This document shows, in pieces, positions 20,660 through 29,743 of a stretch of 64,000 nucleotides of DNA. Each line of letters starts with the position of its first letter. Position 1 is the stretch's first letter. The stretch is from assembly GCA_024684085.1 (NCBI GenBank), contig JAIKXM010000038.1:8895-72894 (forward strand), written 5' to 3'. Origin of the DNA: Lachnospiraceae bacterium. Its GTDB lineage: Bacteria > Bacillota > Clostridia > Lachnospirales > Lachnospiraceae. The position numbers and the translations under genes are program-made. The notes below the pieces were generated by a model. That model ran no database searches and had not been told where the DNA came from. It saw only the letters and a list, made by a program, of their open reading frames with translations.

Positions 20660-21586
20660 ATGAGTAAAAAAGAACAGAATCTGCAGGAGACCTCGGTTAA
20701 GGTAAGCAGAGGTACTGCAGGAAGAACCTTCGATGTTATATCTTACATCTTATTGACAATAGGAGCAGTTGTGTGTGTGTTCCCGTTCATCATCATCCTC
20801 TCGGGATCTTTTACGGACAATGCGACCATCCTGAAGGAAGGCTACAGCATACTTCCGAGGAATTTCACACTGGCTGCTTATCAGACCATATTCAAGGCAC
20901 CTAAGGATATCCTTCAGGCTTATAAGATGACATTCTACTATACCTTTATAGGTACGTTCCTTGGTCTGATAATGATCACGATGACAGCATATGTTATCTC
21001 AAGAAAAGAGTTCAAGTATAGGAATACGGTATCATTCCTGATCTATTTCACGAGTATCTTCGGAGGAGGTATGATCCCCTGGTATCTCGTATATGCGAAC
21101 CTCTTGGAAATGAAGGGTAAGGCTTTCCCGATCTGGTTCCCGGCTCTGATGAGTCCTTTCCTGATCATACTGATGAGAACATTTATCTCTTCATCGGTTC
21201 CGGATGCTATTACTGATTCGGCCAAGATAGACGGTGCGGGACATCTGACGATATTCTTCAAGATCGTGTTGCCGGTACTTGGCCCCGGACTTGCGACAGT
21301 TGGTCTGTTCCTTGCTCTCGGTTATTGGAATGACTGGTACAGAGCATCAATGTTCTCTACCAATTCAGAGACATGGACACTTCAGTTCTATCTGTACGAC
21401 CTGCTGAATGCGACGACGGCGTTGAAACAGATGTCACAGAGTACGAGTATATCGACGTCGGATCTGCCTACGGAAGCTGTTAAGCTTGCCATGGCGGTTG
21501 TGGCCACCGGCCCCGTACTTATGTTATATCCTTTCGTTCAGAAGTATTTTGTAACAGGTATCACAGTCGGCGCCGTAAAGGGCTGA
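20660..21586 (+). CDS. carbohydrate ABC transporter permease (LplC/YtcP-like)
   Basis: DSAKIDGAG, GYWNDW, YPFVQKYFVTGITVGAVKG. Confidence 0.93.
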   Translation: MSKKEQNLQETSVKVSRGTAGRTFDVISYILLTIGAVVCVFPFIIILSGSFTDNATILKEGYSILPRNFTLAAYQTIFKAPKDILQAYKMTFYYTFIGTFLGLIMITMTAYVISRKEFKYRNTVSFLIYFTSIFGGGMIPWYLVYANLLEMKGKAFPIWFPALMSPFLIILMRTFISSSVPDAITDSAKIDGAGHLTIFFKIVLPVLGPGLATVGLFLALGYWNDWYRASMFSTNSETWTLQFYLYDLLNATTALKQMSQSTSISTSDLPTEAVKLAMAVVATGPVLMLYPFVQKYFVTGITVGAVKG

Positions 21587-21675
21587 TGCAAAAATTGTTA
21601 AAGGTTTGTTGATTTAAGAGCGGATAAAACGCTGTTAAATAGATAAAAAAGGGTACTTTTTTAAAGGAGGAAAAA

Positions 21676-23292
21676 ATGAAAAGAAGAAGCAAATTATTAA
21701 GTGTTCTGCTCGCTACAGCAATGGTTGTAGGTCTGGTAGGATGCGGCAATTCAAATGACACTATCGAAGTCAGTGCACCTGCAGAAGAGCCCGCAGTTGA
21801 GGCTGAAGCCGGTGATGATTCCGCAGCAGCAGCTCCTGCAGCAGCAGAGCTTGACACAAGTGAGAGGGTTGACCTTGTATTCTATGTAATGGGTGATGCT
21901 CCTCAGGATGAGACAGTAGTTGAAGATGCGATAAACAAGATCCTTCTTGACAAGTTCAATGCAACTATCGATATGCAGTTTTCTACATGGACTGATTTCC
22001 AGCAGAAGTATTCTCTTGAGCTTACAAGCCAGAATGCAGATCTTATCTACATTGCTAATTGGTTGAACTACGGTCAGCTCGCAGCAAGCGGCGCTTTCGA
22101 AGAGCTTGACGGACTTCTTGACACAGTAGCTCCCGATCTCAAGGCTGAGATAGGTGATGATGCACTTAACATGGTTAAGGTTGGCGGTAAGATCTATGCT
22201 ATTCCCAATACATGGAGTGAGTATACATCAAACGGTATCAAGTATCGTGAAGATCTCAGAGCTAAGTATGATCTTCCTGTTCCTAACTCAATCGAGAATA
22301 TGGAAGCTTACTTCCTTGGAATCAAGGAGAATGAGCCTGATCAGGGCATCCTTACAGTAACAACAGAAGAGTCTCAGGGCCTTCAGACAGCATTCGATGC
22401 AGCATGGGTATTAAATGTTAAGTATCCTTGGGTATGTACAAATGGTCTTCCTTACGGTCTTGCAGCTAACTATGATTCACCTGAAGATATCTATGATTAC
22501 TGGTTCTCAGATGATTTCGTAGAAGATATGAAGACAATGAAGAGATGGGCTGATTACGGATTCTGGTCAAAGTCAGCACTTTCTGATACAAATAACTCTG
22601 ATTCTTACAAGACAGGTCTCTGTGTAGCTGAAGTTGCAGGTCAGAATCCTAACAAGCAGATCACAGCTATTCAGGAACTTGAAGAAGGCGGTCAGGGATG
22701 GCAGTCAGCTTACTATGCATACGGCGAAGCTACAGGCGTTATCTTCCCCGGACATGCTACACAGAACGGAACAGCTATCGTAAGAGGATGCAAGAATCCT
22801 GAAAGAGCACTTGCAGTATTACAGGCACTTATGCTTGACGAGGAGCTTAATTCACTTATCCAGTATGGTATCGAAGGTACACATTACGAAGTTAATGACG
22901 GTATCTACAGCAACTTAAGCGATACATTCGCTTACGAAGGATTCAATACATGGAACCTCAGAAACGGTAAGACAAAGCTTCCTCAGGCTACAGACGTTGA
23001 ACTTCAGGCTATGTTCGACAAGTATGCTGAGATCGGCGCTAAGACAAAGTTCCCTAACGTTAACATCTATGAAGGTTTCGCTGAAGATTACAATGATTAT
23101 CAGGCAGAGAGACAGGCAGTATCCAACGTTATGAGACAGTATCTTGCTCCTATCCAGGCAGGTCTTGTAGATGATGTTGATGCAGCAGTTGAAGAGTTCC
23201 GTACAAAGGTTACAGAAGCAGGTCTTGATGTATGTCGTGAGAACTTCAAGACACAGTGGATTGCTTACTGTGATGAGTATGGCTTCAAGTAA
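21676..23292 (+). CDS. carbohydrate ABC transporter substrate-binding lipoprotein
   Basis: lipobox LVGC, Ala/Glu-rich linker, GKIYAIP, YGIEGTHYE; operon context. Confidence 0.9.
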   Translation: MKRRSKLLSVLLATAMVVGLVGCGNSNDTIEVSAPAEEPAVEAEAGDDSAAAAPAAAELDTSERVDLVFYVMGDAPQDETVVEDAINKILLDKFNATIDMQFSTWTDFQQKYSLELTSQNADLIYIANWLNYGQLAASGAFEELDGLLDTVAPDLKAEIGDDALNMVKVGGKIYAIPNTWSEYTSNGIKYREDLRAKYDLPVPNSIENMEAYFLGIKENEPDQGILTVTTEESQGLQTAFDAAWVLNVKYPWVCTNGLPYGLAANYDSPEDIYDYWFSDDFVEDMKTMKRWADYGFWSKSALSDTNNSDSYKTGLCVAEVAGQNPNKQITAIQELEEGGQGWQSAYYAYGEATGVIFPGHATQNGTAIVRGCKNPERALAVLQALMLDEELNSLIQYGIEGTHYEVNDGIYSNLSDTFAYEGFNTWNLRNGKTKLPQATDVELQAMFDKYAEIGAKTKFPNVNIYEGFAEDYNDYQAERQAVSNVMRQYLAPIQAGLVDDVDAAVEEFRTKVTEAGLDVCRENFKTQWIAYCDEYGFK

Positions 23293-23316
23293 GAAGTAGT
23301 AAAAGATATCTTTAAG

Positions 23317-23351
23317 ATGCACTCCGGAGGTTTTCCTCCGGTGTGCATTTT
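23317..23351 (+). terminator. intrinsic terminator
   Basis: ATGCACTCCGGAGG-tttt-CCTCCGGTGTGCAT-TTT. Confidence 0.75.
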
Positions 23352-23476
23352 ATAAAAAATGCAAAAAACAGTGATATATGTGTAAAAGGAGATGAGCAGT
23401 CTCAATATTAGGGGAATTGCCTAATGCAATGAGAAATGCAATATGTTATAATACTGTCGGAATGGAGTAAATAACA

Positions 23477-24478
23477 GTGAACGGTAAAAAAGTAACTATC
23501 AAAGATGTTGCCCGCGAGGCGGGTGTTTCCATATCAACAGTATCTAATGCATTGAATAATGTTGATGTGCTGCTTCCCGAGACAAAGAGTCATATTCTGG
23601 AAGTGGCGCGCAGACTGCATTATGTTCCCAATCTTAATGGCAGGAATCTGAAGATGAAAGAGACTAAGGTCATTGGCCTCTTTGTTACTTCGATCAAGGG
23701 CGATTATTATAGTGCGCTTGCGGATTCGGTGTATCAGAGCTGCGTTAACAGGGGATATGAACTTAATATTTTTATAAGTGATAAGGCAGATAACCTGATG
23801 GCCAATATTATGGGTAAGAGGGTTGATGGAGCCATTATCCATGATGAGTACGTAGGTGAGGACGAGGTCAAGATGCTTGAAGAGAACGGAGTGCCCGTTG
23901 TTTTCATAGACAGAGAGATCGAATCCGAGACAATAGCGAGTGTTATCTTTGACTCCTATCATGAAGGCGAGCTGGCCGGAAATTATCTGATGGAGACAGG
24001 ACATAAGAAGCTGATGCTGATACGTGGTGAGCGTAACAACTTCGATAGTATCGAAAGAGCAAGAGGCTTCTGCAACAGTGTCAGGGCTGCCGGTTTGACA
24101 ATCGATGATGATTATATAATCGATGGTTTGTTCAGTCGTGATTATGCATATAAGGAGATGCAGACATTCCTTGAATCCGGTAAGGAACTTCCGGATGCAA
24201 TATTTGCCAGCAACGATGCTTCTGCCATCGGTGCTATTGATGCTCTTATCGATGCCGGATATTCAGTACCGGAAGATGTGAGTGTTATGGGATGTGATGA
24301 TATCGCGCTTGCCATGTTATACAGACCTTCGCTTACTACCATCCGTACTTCCTTCGAGAAGCAGGGACTTTTGGCGATAGATCAACTTATCTCAATGATC
24401 AAGAGCGGTAATACCGGTCTTAAGATAGTATTGAGAGGCCATATAGAGGTGCGCGAATCTACAAGATCCGCAAACTGA
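23477..24478 (+). CDS. LacI family transcriptional regulator
   Basis: TIKDVAREAGVSISTVSNALN HTH; PDAIFASND; PSLTTI. Confidence 0.95.
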   Translation: MNGKKVTIKDVAREAGVSISTVSNALNNVDVLLPETKSHILEVARRLHYVPNLNGRNLKMKETKVIGLFVTSIKGDYYSALADSVYQSCVNRGYELNIFISDKADNLMANIMGKRVDGAIIHDEYVGEDEVKMLEENGVPVVFIDREIESETIASVIFDSYHEGELAGNYLMETGHKKLMLIRGERNNFDSIERARGFCNSVRAAGLTIDDDYIIDGLFSRDYAYKEMQTFLESGKELPDAIFASNDASAIGAIDALIDAGYSVPEDVSVMGCDDIALAMLYRPSLTTIRTSFEKQGLLAIDQLISMIKSGNTGLKIVLRGHIEVRESTRSAN

Positions 24479-24649
24479 TGAAATATATCCTGTATGTATG
24501 CAGGTTCTTATGCCTAGTAGAAACTGCGTATGTGCAGGATATTTTTAATTACGGACACACATTAGTGATTCCCGTAATTATCAAACATTCCGTTTTGGAT
24601 GTGCACTCGCGTTCTTATCAAATTATTTACTATTAGAGAGGATTGTTTT

Positions 24650-25969
24650 ATGAAGTATTACGTAACTGACGCCGTTAAGCGTCTGGAAGAACATGAAGTT
24701 GAGATGAATGCCGGCAGCGCCGGAGAAATGGGACAGATCAAGGTCTATCCCGATGTTACATATCAGACTGTACAGGGTATCGGCGGAGCCCTGACAGAGG
24801 CAGCTGCTTACTCATATTCCAATATGAGCGAAGACAAGAAAAAGGAGATGCTTGATCTCTATTTTGGTGAGAACGGTAATAATTATAACTTCTGTCGTCT
24901 TCATATTCAGAGCTGTGATTTTGCGCTTGACAATTATGCATATATTGAAGATCCTGAGGATAAGGAGCTTAAGAGCTTCAGTCTTGAGAGGGATAACAAG
25001 TATATCATTCCTCTTGTTAAGGCAGCTCTTGCAAAAAAGCAGGACATTGTATTCCTGGCTTCTCCCTGGAGCCCTCCGGCGTTTATGAAGACCAATAATG
25101 AGATGAATCACGGCGGTCAGCTTAAGAAGGAATACTACGGTATGTGGGCTGATATGGTCGTAAGATATGTTAAGGAATACAGGGCTATGGGTATCGATAT
25201 AAGAAGGCTGACGGTACAGAACGAGCCCGCTGCCGTTCAGACATGGGATTCCTGCATCTATAGCGCTACGGAAGAGGCAGAATATGCTGTGGGTTATCTT
25301 AAGCCTGCTCTTGAGAAGGCAGGTCTTGGCGATATTAAGATCAATATATGGGATCATAACAAGGAGATCATTCTTGATCGTGCGAATGAGAGCTTTGCAG
25401 TAGATGGAGCAAAGGATGCGATCGACGGTGTTGCTTTCCACTGGTATAGTGGTGATCACTTTGAGGAGTTGGCAGAGGTTGCAAGAACTTATCCTGATAA
25501 GGAACTTATCTTCACTGAAGGCTGTGTAGAGTATTCGAGATTCGCTTCGGATGATCATATGGCCAATGCAGAGAAGTATGCGCATGATATGCTTGGCGAC
25601 TTCCTTGCGGGCGCCAATGCCTTTATTGACTGGAATATCTATCTTGATGCCAAGGGTGGTCCGAATCACGTAGGTAACTTCTGCGATGCGCCGGTAATGT
25701 GCGATTTTGACAAAGATGAGATCGATGTGAAGCTGTCTTATTATTATATAGGGCACTTCTCAAGATTCGTTAAGCCGGGAGCAAAGAGAGTACTGTCTTC
25801 GCGTTATACCGACAAGGTAGAGAGTGTTGCCTTTGTTAATCCTGACGGTGAGAAGGTTCTTATCGTGCTCAATACACGTGACGATGAAGTGAACTATACT
25901 ATCTTCGATGGTGAGAATAATATCGATCAGACTATCGCGGGACATTCTATCATAACTTATGTGTGGTAA
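24650..25969 (+). CDS. glycoside hydrolase family 30 (glucosylceramidase/beta-1,6-glucanase-like), no signal peptide
   Basis: ASPWSPPAFMKTN, VQNEP (acid/base), FHWY, FTEGC (nucleophile), YYYIGHFSRF. Confidence 0.9.
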   Translation: MKYYVTDAVKRLEEHEVEMNAGSAGEMGQIKVYPDVTYQTVQGIGGALTEAAAYSYSNMSEDKKKEMLDLYFGENGNNYNFCRLHIQSCDFALDNYAYIEDPEDKELKSFSLERDNKYIIPLVKAALAKKQDIVFLASPWSPPAFMKTNNEMNHGGQLKKEYYGMWADMVVRYVKEYRAMGIDIRRLTVQNEPAAVQTWDSCIYSATEEAEYAVGYLKPALEKAGLGDIKINIWDHNKEIILDRANESFAVDGAKDAIDGVAFHWYSGDHFEELAEVARTYPDKELIFTEGCVEYSRFASDDHMANAEKYAHDMLGDFLAGANAFIDWNIYLDAKGGPNHVGNFCDAPVMCDFDKDEIDVKLSYYYIGHFSRFVKPGAKRVLSSRYTDKVESVAFVNPDGEKVLIVLNTRDDEVNYTIFDGENNIDQTIAGHSIITYVW

Positions 25970-26052
25970 GAAGCAGAGAGTTGATCCCGTGAGTGGGATA
26001 TTCGAAGATCTGCCATAGCGATAGGAAGTACTAAAATAGAATAGCAGTTTAC

Positions 26053-26099
26053 ATAACACAAAAACCGCTTCGACTTGAGTTGAAGCGGTTTTGTGTTAT
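26053..26099. terminator. bidirectional terminator
   Basis: ATAACACAAAAACCGCTTC...GAAGCGGTTTTGTGTTAT long inverted repeat. Confidence 0.8.
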
Positions 26100-26198
26100 C
26101 ATGATCAGTTGTTGTTTAGAAGACTTTTGAGATCCAATATCTCAGAAAAGTATCGATCGATCGCCGGCTGTCCGGTTTGTAAATGCTAAAATGGCATC
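26060..26198 (-). ncRNA. candidate small RNA
   Basis: minus-strand TTGACA-18 bp-AATAAT, two internal hairpins, ends in the bidirectional terminator, no ORF. Confidence 0.35.
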
Positions 26199-26403
26199 AA
26201 ACAATTATTGTCCGTTTGATGGGTAAATGTCAAGGGAATGGTCAAGGATGCTATGGGCCGCATTTTTGTAAGTAATAACAAGGGAACGGGTGATGTGTTT
26301 AGATGTATTAAAGGGTTTGACCGCATGGCAAACATTATATACAATGATATCTTGAAGTGAAAGTGATAAATGACGCTTTGTTGTACGGAGAAACAGAGAA
26401 ACT

Positions 26404-26865
26404 ATGGACGAGAAATATATGAAGATGGCGCTTAAGCAGGCGGAGAAGGCTGCGGCGCTTGGAGAGGTGCCTATAGGTTGTGTGATCGAATATCACGGAG
26501 AGGTAATAGGCAGGGGCTACAATCGCAGAAAGACGGATAAGAACACACTGTCTCATGCCGAGCTCAATGCCATTAAGAAGGCCAGCAGGAAGATGGGAGA
26601 CTGGCGCCTGGAAGAATGTACCATGTACGTTACCCTTGAGCCCTGTCAGATGTGTGCAGGCGCTATTGTGCAGGCTCGTATCCCCAAGGTGGTGATAGGT
26701 TGCATGAACCCGAAAGCAGGCTGTGCCGGCTCGATACTTAATATTCTTGAAGAGCCTCGTTTTAATCATCAGGTGGAAGTGGTACGTGGAGTGATGGAAG
26801 AAGAATGCTCGCGTATACTTACGGATTTTTTTAAAAATTTACGTGAGAGATTAAGGAAAGTGTGA
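26404..26865 (+). CDS. tadA: tRNA adenosine(34) deaminase
   Basis: GEVPIGCV, HAE, TLEPCQMCAGA; promoter TTGACC-17 bp-TACAAT upstream. Confidence 0.95.
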   Translation: MDEKYMKMALKQAEKAAALGEVPIGCVIEYHGEVIGRGYNRRKTDKNTLSHAELNAIKKASRKMGDWRLEECTMYVTLEPCQMCAGAIVQARIPKVVIGCMNPKAGCAGSILNILEEPRFNHQVEVVRGVMEEECSRILTDFFKNLRERLRKV

Positions 26866-26882
26866 TATTATAGGTTGTGACG

Positions 26883-27056
26883 GTCCTGTATGTACGGAAG
26901 CTTTTAGCTTCCCTTCGATGGTCCGGGTCTTACGCAATAGGATTCTACGAATCTGGTCAGGGCAGGAATGCAGCAGCCATAAGAAGAAATTCCTATGTGC
27001 CGTGAGGGTGCCTGGGCCGCATGTCGGGGGGATAAGAGCATCCGTATATACAGGAT
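26883..27056 (+). ncRNA. ffs: signal recognition particle RNA
   Basis: domain IV GGTCAGG-GCA-GGAA-TGC-AGCAGCC; ends pair (GTCCTGTATGTACGGA / TCCGTATATACAGGAT); directly downstream of tadA as in Firmicutes. Confidence 0.9.
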
Positions 27057-27105
27057 TTTTTATGTAATGGGAAAGTGCTTCCTATTACACAAAAAACGCT
27101 CCGCT
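27057..27105. repeat. REP-like hairpin family A, copy 2
   Basis: TTTTTATGTAATGGGAA-agtgc-TTCCTATTACACAAAAAACGCTCCGCT. Confidence 0.75.
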
Positions 27106-27120
27106 AAGGATGCGCATTTG

Positions 27121-28110
27121 TTACAGACGCAGAGCGTACTGTATGGTCTTGGGGTCAGGAACAGAAGTGTCCGGAGTGAATCCCAGAGACTTGAGTAACA
27201 TCCGGGAAGGAAGGTTATCGGAAGCGGTATGTGCGAGGATAACTTCGAAACCAAGCTCTTCGGCATACTTGATAAGGTGCTTACAGGCTCTGTAAGCGAA
27301 TCCCTGCCTGCGGTGGCTCTTATCTATCAGATAACCTATCTGCACCGCATTATCGGCGCTGTCAGGCATCAGGCCGGCGATACCGACGGAAGTGACGTTG
27401 CCGTGAGAAGTGCCGTTGGGTGTAGTGATGTTGGAAGCAACGTCGCCGGGAGTAATATGGCCGGGTGTAGTGCTGTTGGAAACAATGTCATCCGGGACAA
27501 TGCCGTCGACAGTCGTAATAAGGTACAGACCATAGTCATAGAAGTCGTATGCTGACTTGCAATAAGCCTCGAAGTATTCTCTGCCGGCATATTCACCGTT
27601 CGCATCTGCAATGTTATAACCCGCCTTCTTATGGACATTTTCGCTGGCGCGATCATCGTCTTCTTCGGCAATATTAAAGTTCATTTCTTCAAAAAACTCT
27701 CTGTATTTGTTGTAATAATCAGCGAAGGCTGAGTAGTCATCCGCGCATAATTCCCTTAATATCATCCGATCATCTGAGGCGATCACGGCAGGAACGCCGA
27801 TAAGACGACTGTGAACCTTTATGAGATAGGAGATATCGACTTCTTCATAATCGAGAAGGAGATATCGGGCGTTCATCGGAGCGGGATGTTCGGGGCTTTC
27901 AACATAGATGACAGGAATACCTGAAGACGAGAACGTATTATAATCTATGGAGTTGTCAGTAAGGATGAGCAGATCTTTACGACCCTGGAGTTCGGAAACG
28001 GGCAGGGAGGGATTGAAGGCTGACCGAATACCGAGGGCGGTCAGTTTTTCAATAAAATGAGAAGAGGGATGCTCTAAATGCTTGAAAAAATAATAAATGG
28101 TGGTTAACAT
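27121..28110 (-). CDS. GNAT (RimJ/RimL-type) N-acetyltransferase with N-terminal extra domain and internal repeats
   Basis: RMILREL, IGYLIDKSHRRQGFA, DNLPSRMLLKSLGF. Confidence 0.78.
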   Translation of the reverse strand: MLTTIYYFFKHLEHPSSHFIEKLTALGIRSAFNPSLPVSELQGRKDLLILTDNSIDYNTFSSSGIPVIYVESPEHPAPMNARYLLLDYEEVDISYLIKVHSRLIGVPAVIASDDRMILRELCADDYSAFADYYNKYREFFEEMNFNIAEEDDDRASENVHKKAGYNIADANGEYAGREYFEAYCKSAYDFYDYGLYLITTVDGIVPDDIVSNSTTPGHITPGDVASNITTPNGTSHGNVTSVGIAGLMPDSADNAVQIGYLIDKSHRRQGFAYRACKHLIKYAEELGFEVILAHTASDNLPSRMLLKSLGFTPDTSVPDPKTIQYALRL

Positions 28111-28147
28111 ATAATCATATTAACAAAAAACGGAGGGAAATGGAATT

Positions 28148-28675
28148 ATGGCACAGAACCCAGTAGTAACAATAACTATGGAGAACAACGATGTGATCAA
28201 GGCAGAGCTTTATCCTGAGATCGCACCGGTTTCGGTTAACAATTATATAAGTCTTATCAAGAAGGGATTCTATGACGGACTTATCTTTCACAGGGTTATC
28301 AGAGGATTTATGATCCAGGGCGGATGCCCCAACGGAACAGGAATGGGTGGCCCGGGCTACTGCATCAAGGGCGAGTTCTCTGAGAACGGATTTGCCAACG
28401 ATCTGAAGCATACGGCAGGCGTGCTTTCAATGGCGCGCGCTATGCATCCCGATTCGGCAGGTTCGCAGTTCTTTATCATGCATAAGGATGCTCCTCATCT
28501 TGACGGAAGCTATGCGGCTTTCGGTAAGGTTACCGAGGGAATGGATGTGGTAGATAAGATCGCCGAGTCAGATACGGATTACAATGACCGTCCGAGGGAG
28601 GATTGCCGTATTAAGACCATGACGGTTGAGACCTTTGGTGTGGATTATCCCGAACCTGAGAAGCTCGCAAGATAG
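28148..28675 (+). CDS. cyclophilin-type peptidyl-prolyl cis-trans isomerase
   Basis: FHRVIRGFMIQGG, LSMAR, SAGSQFFI, HLDGSYAAFG. Confidence 0.95.
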   Translation: MAQNPVVTITMENNDVIKAELYPEIAPVSVNNYISLIKKGFYDGLIFHRVIRGFMIQGGCPNGTGMGGPGYCIKGEFSENGFANDLKHTAGVLSMARAMHPDSAGSQFFIMHKDAPHLDGSYAAFGKVTEGMDVVDKIAESDTDYNDRPREDCRIKTMTVETFGVDYPEPEKLAR

Positions 28676-28762
28676 GAGCGTTTACAGTTTGTTCAAAAAA
28701 TAGTCACCGTTAATTTATTAAACGAACACTATTTAGCCATTTTTCAAAAGTATACTACAACT

Positions 28763-28897
28763 ATAGAAGAGATAAGCAGAACAAACTTTTTCATAATAAT
28801 TGCCGGGTGCTGAGGCACCTTGGCATCCTCCCTTTTTCATAATAAGTTGGTCGATGACTAGACAAGAAGCTGCAGCATTTAGCTGCAGCTTCTTTTT
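28763..28897 (+). ncRNA. candidate trans-acting small RNA
   Basis: TATACT -10 at 28751; CTTTTTCATAATAA twice; GC hairpin; TCCTCCC; strong terminator at 28864-28897; no + strand ORF. Confidence 0.55.
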
Positions 28898-28969
28898 GGA
28901 GAAAAAACAGATTGCCTCGCACAAACTCCCCTCAAAAGATACAAGGGCGAAAAGACGGGGGTGATCAGA

Positions 28970-29374
28970 TCATTGCATATCATCCGATTTCTTGTTGGGA
29001 AATAAGGAATTGATATAATACATTCCCCGGCTGACCTGCTCAACTTTGTTAGAGATGTTTATCTGTAAATCTTTTATCATTGAGATATTATTGGATGTCA
29101 AAGCGATATAATCATAGATATCTTGGAGATCTTTGCGAGAATATGTGGGATTATCATCGGTGGAAAAGAGGAAGTTGAAGTCGACGTCCAGGGCGCGGGC
29201 GATATTGCGATAGTCCGCCGGACTTAAGTTCTTGCCATGGGTCTCGATCTTGGATACATCGGATTGCGATTTGCCGATCATATCTCCGAAGGCCTCCTGC
29301 GTTATCTGAAGCTCGGTACGTCTCTTTTGTATATTGGAAAAAAGCGGATCAAGGCTTTTACTGTCTTTGCTCAT
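28970..29374 (-). CDS. XRE family helix-turn-helix protein
   Basis: ITQEAFGDMIGKSQSDVSKIE HTH, IARALDVDFNFLF. Confidence 0.8.
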   Translation of the reverse strand: MSKDSKSLDPLFSNIQKRRTELQITQEAFGDMIGKSQSDVSKIETHGKNLSPADYRNIARALDVDFNFLFSTDDNPTYSRKDLQDIYDYIALTSNNISMIKDLQINISNKVEQVSRGMYYINSLFPNKKSDDMQ

Positions 29375-29743
29375 AGAATCCTCCTGTAAGACTCGTTAAC
29401 ATAATATTAAAAAGTATAAAGAATAAATGTCTATATAAAGTGTGGAATAAAATATTCCACTTCGGAATATTCAGTCAAATTATTTTGAAACATCACAAGG
29501 ACTGTTAATAAAGAATGATAAGAAGTGTCCGGGAGATCGTTGGGCTATGTGTAAAATGACGATAACTTAATAAAATGGATTTTTGATAATTTTTAACAGA
29601 ATAACGCTAAAAAATAGTAGATTTTTTCGGCAAATTCAATTAATATATAGGTTGGATGAGGAGAAGTATGATTTACGCTTCATAAGTAATTGTACAAAAT
29701 GCCATAACTCAGTGATTAAATCTGTTCTGTGAGGAGGGATTAT

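Noticed and set aside
24812-25756. 314-aa antisense ORF, and many other long minus-strand ORFs in the track
   Set aside because: Shadow frames of well-supported + strand genes; no motifs or RBS
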